Shown: positions 40,427 through 41,112 of the stretch, one piece after another
How positions within the stretch are numbered: the stretch's first letter is position 1
How the letters are laid out: each line of letters begins with the position of its first letter
Assembly: GCA_043759015.1 (NCBI GenBank)
Contig: JAYVMH010000257.1
Location: 1-41,112, forward strand
Direction of reading: 5' to 3'
Origin: Actinomycetota bacterium
GTDB lineage: Bacteria; Actinomycetota; Acidimicrobiia; Acidimicrobiales; Ilumatobacteraceae
Length of the DNA: 41,112 nucleotides
The notes under the pieces: generated by a model
What the model saw: only the letters and a program-made list of their open reading frames with translations
Databases searched by the model: none
Told to the model about the DNA's origin: nothing
Program-made: the position numbers and the translations under genes

Positions 40427-41085
40427 ATGTGGGGCGTGGCTCGGTTCGGGATCGTGAGCGTGCAGGAGGCGGCGGAGCGGCTCGGCGTGCACCGCAGCCG
40501 GGTGGAGGCGCTGATCCTGTCCGGGGCTTTGCCGGCGAGGAAGACCGGGAGCCAGTGGTTGCTGGAGCGGCGGGAGCTGGATCTGTTCGACAACGTGCGC
40601 CCGTACCGGCGTGGCCGCCCCTTGAGCGCGTCGGTGGCGTGGTCGCGCATCGGTCGGCCCGATGAGATGCTGCGCCGCCGCGAGCCGGGTTCGCTCGACG
40701 CCGTCGTCGTGATCTTCGGGCCCGTGCGTTTCACGAGCCGTTGTCGGTGCATCCTGGCGTGCTCGGGGACGGTCTCGACGATCCCGACGTCCGCCTCGGT
40801 GGTCGTGATGCGGCGATCGAGGCGGGCGCGCCGCTCGATCCTGACGGCGTCCACGACGTGTACCTCCCGGCGCGCCGGGCGGGCGGGTGGTCGAAGCGCC
40901 TGCGGGCGCGGCCCGAACGCGAGCAGCCCAACGTGTGGCTCCACGTCGTTCCCGACGACGCGTGGGATGACGTGCCGCAGGGTCGGCATCTCGGGTTGTT
41001 CGTGGCGTGGCTCGATCTGGCCGATCGCCTCGACCGTGGCGCCGATCTCGTGCTCGACCGACTCGGGGGGCGTGCTCGTGCGTGA
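40427..41085 (+). pseudogene. HTH (excisionase/MerR-like) DNA-binding protein with an AbiEi-antitoxin-like C-terminal region, frameshifted
   Basis: Frame 2 from ATG 40427 encodes MWGVARFGIVSVQEAAERLGVHRSRVEALILSGALPARKTGSQWLLERRELD...GRPLSASVAWS. Frame 1, open from 40666, encodes ...RRRRRDLRARAFHEPLSVHPGVLGDGLDDPDVRLGGRDAAIEAG...VHDVYLP...NVWLHVVPDD...VAWLDLAD with a stop at 41085. A new ATG at 41093 (MSTDLL...) starts the next gene at the window edge. Confidence 0.45.
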
Positions 41086-41112
41086 GGTCGACATGAGCAC
41101 CGATCTGCTTCC

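Noticed and set aside
40423-41100. A 225-aa minus-strand ORF at the window end.
   Set aside because: It is antisense to the HTH/AbiEi-like reading frames, which carry a recognisable HTH and conserved C-terminal blocks. The minus-strand product has no motifs.

Overview
41.1-kb window at roughly 70% GC with actinobacterial-style coding: GC3-rich codons, many ATGA/GTGA/TTGA start-stop overlaps, and long spurious antisense ORFs. I call about 40 protein-coding genes and at least 8 decayed, frameshifted or fragmentary genes. I saw no rRNA, tRNA, CRISPR array or intact transposase/integrase. Layout by coordinate: (1) 1-11.9 kb holds ordinary metabolism and detoxification genes: a PP2C phosphatase tail, a YdeI-like pseudogene, a thiolase, two CoA-transferases, a truncated FAD monooxygenase, VOC proteins, an aldo-keto reductase, a nitroreductase with its TetR regulator, and a methyltransferase. 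(2) 11.9-15.6 kb is persulfide/sulfide-detoxification locus A: an ArsR-rhodanese fusion regulator divergent from an MBL-rhodanese dioxygenase, an MFS transporter and a rhodanese. (3) 15.8-18.7 kb carries a small His/Cys membrane protein, a frameshifted Zn-ribbon methyltransferase and an FAD oxidoreductase. (4) 18.7-29.1 kb is a copper-homeostasis island: a P-type ATPase remnant, a sensor-less BlaR1/BlaI-like pair, CopC-CopD, DUF305, a SHOCT protein, a Tat/lipoprotein multicopper oxidase, an OmpR/HK two-component system, a paralogue of the small membrane protein, a lipoprotein and a RipA-like NlpC/P60 peptidase. (5) 29.4-32.0 kb is persulfide locus B: a CsoR/CstR-type operator with no regulator gene nearby, an MBL-rhodanese dioxygenase, TauE and DUF2892. 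(6) 32-41 kb contains a phosphotransferase, a SnoaL-like protein, a P2-type cation ATPase, an NRAMP transporter and DUF1206. These are embedded among fragments of SDR, MhpA-like and possibly Rieske-type genes, and the window ends in a frameshifted HTH/AbiEi-like gene. The most interesting signal is a BlaI/MecI-type dyad (CTACA-N3-TGTAG) present at exactly three promoters of the copper island. It implies a proteolytic BlaR1/BlaI-type switch controlling copper genes. A second notable signal is a pair of paralogous small membrane proteins that share a conserved C-terminal ...PAL-x-ALCIS-x-T tail. Everything here comes from reading the sequence; no database search was possible.
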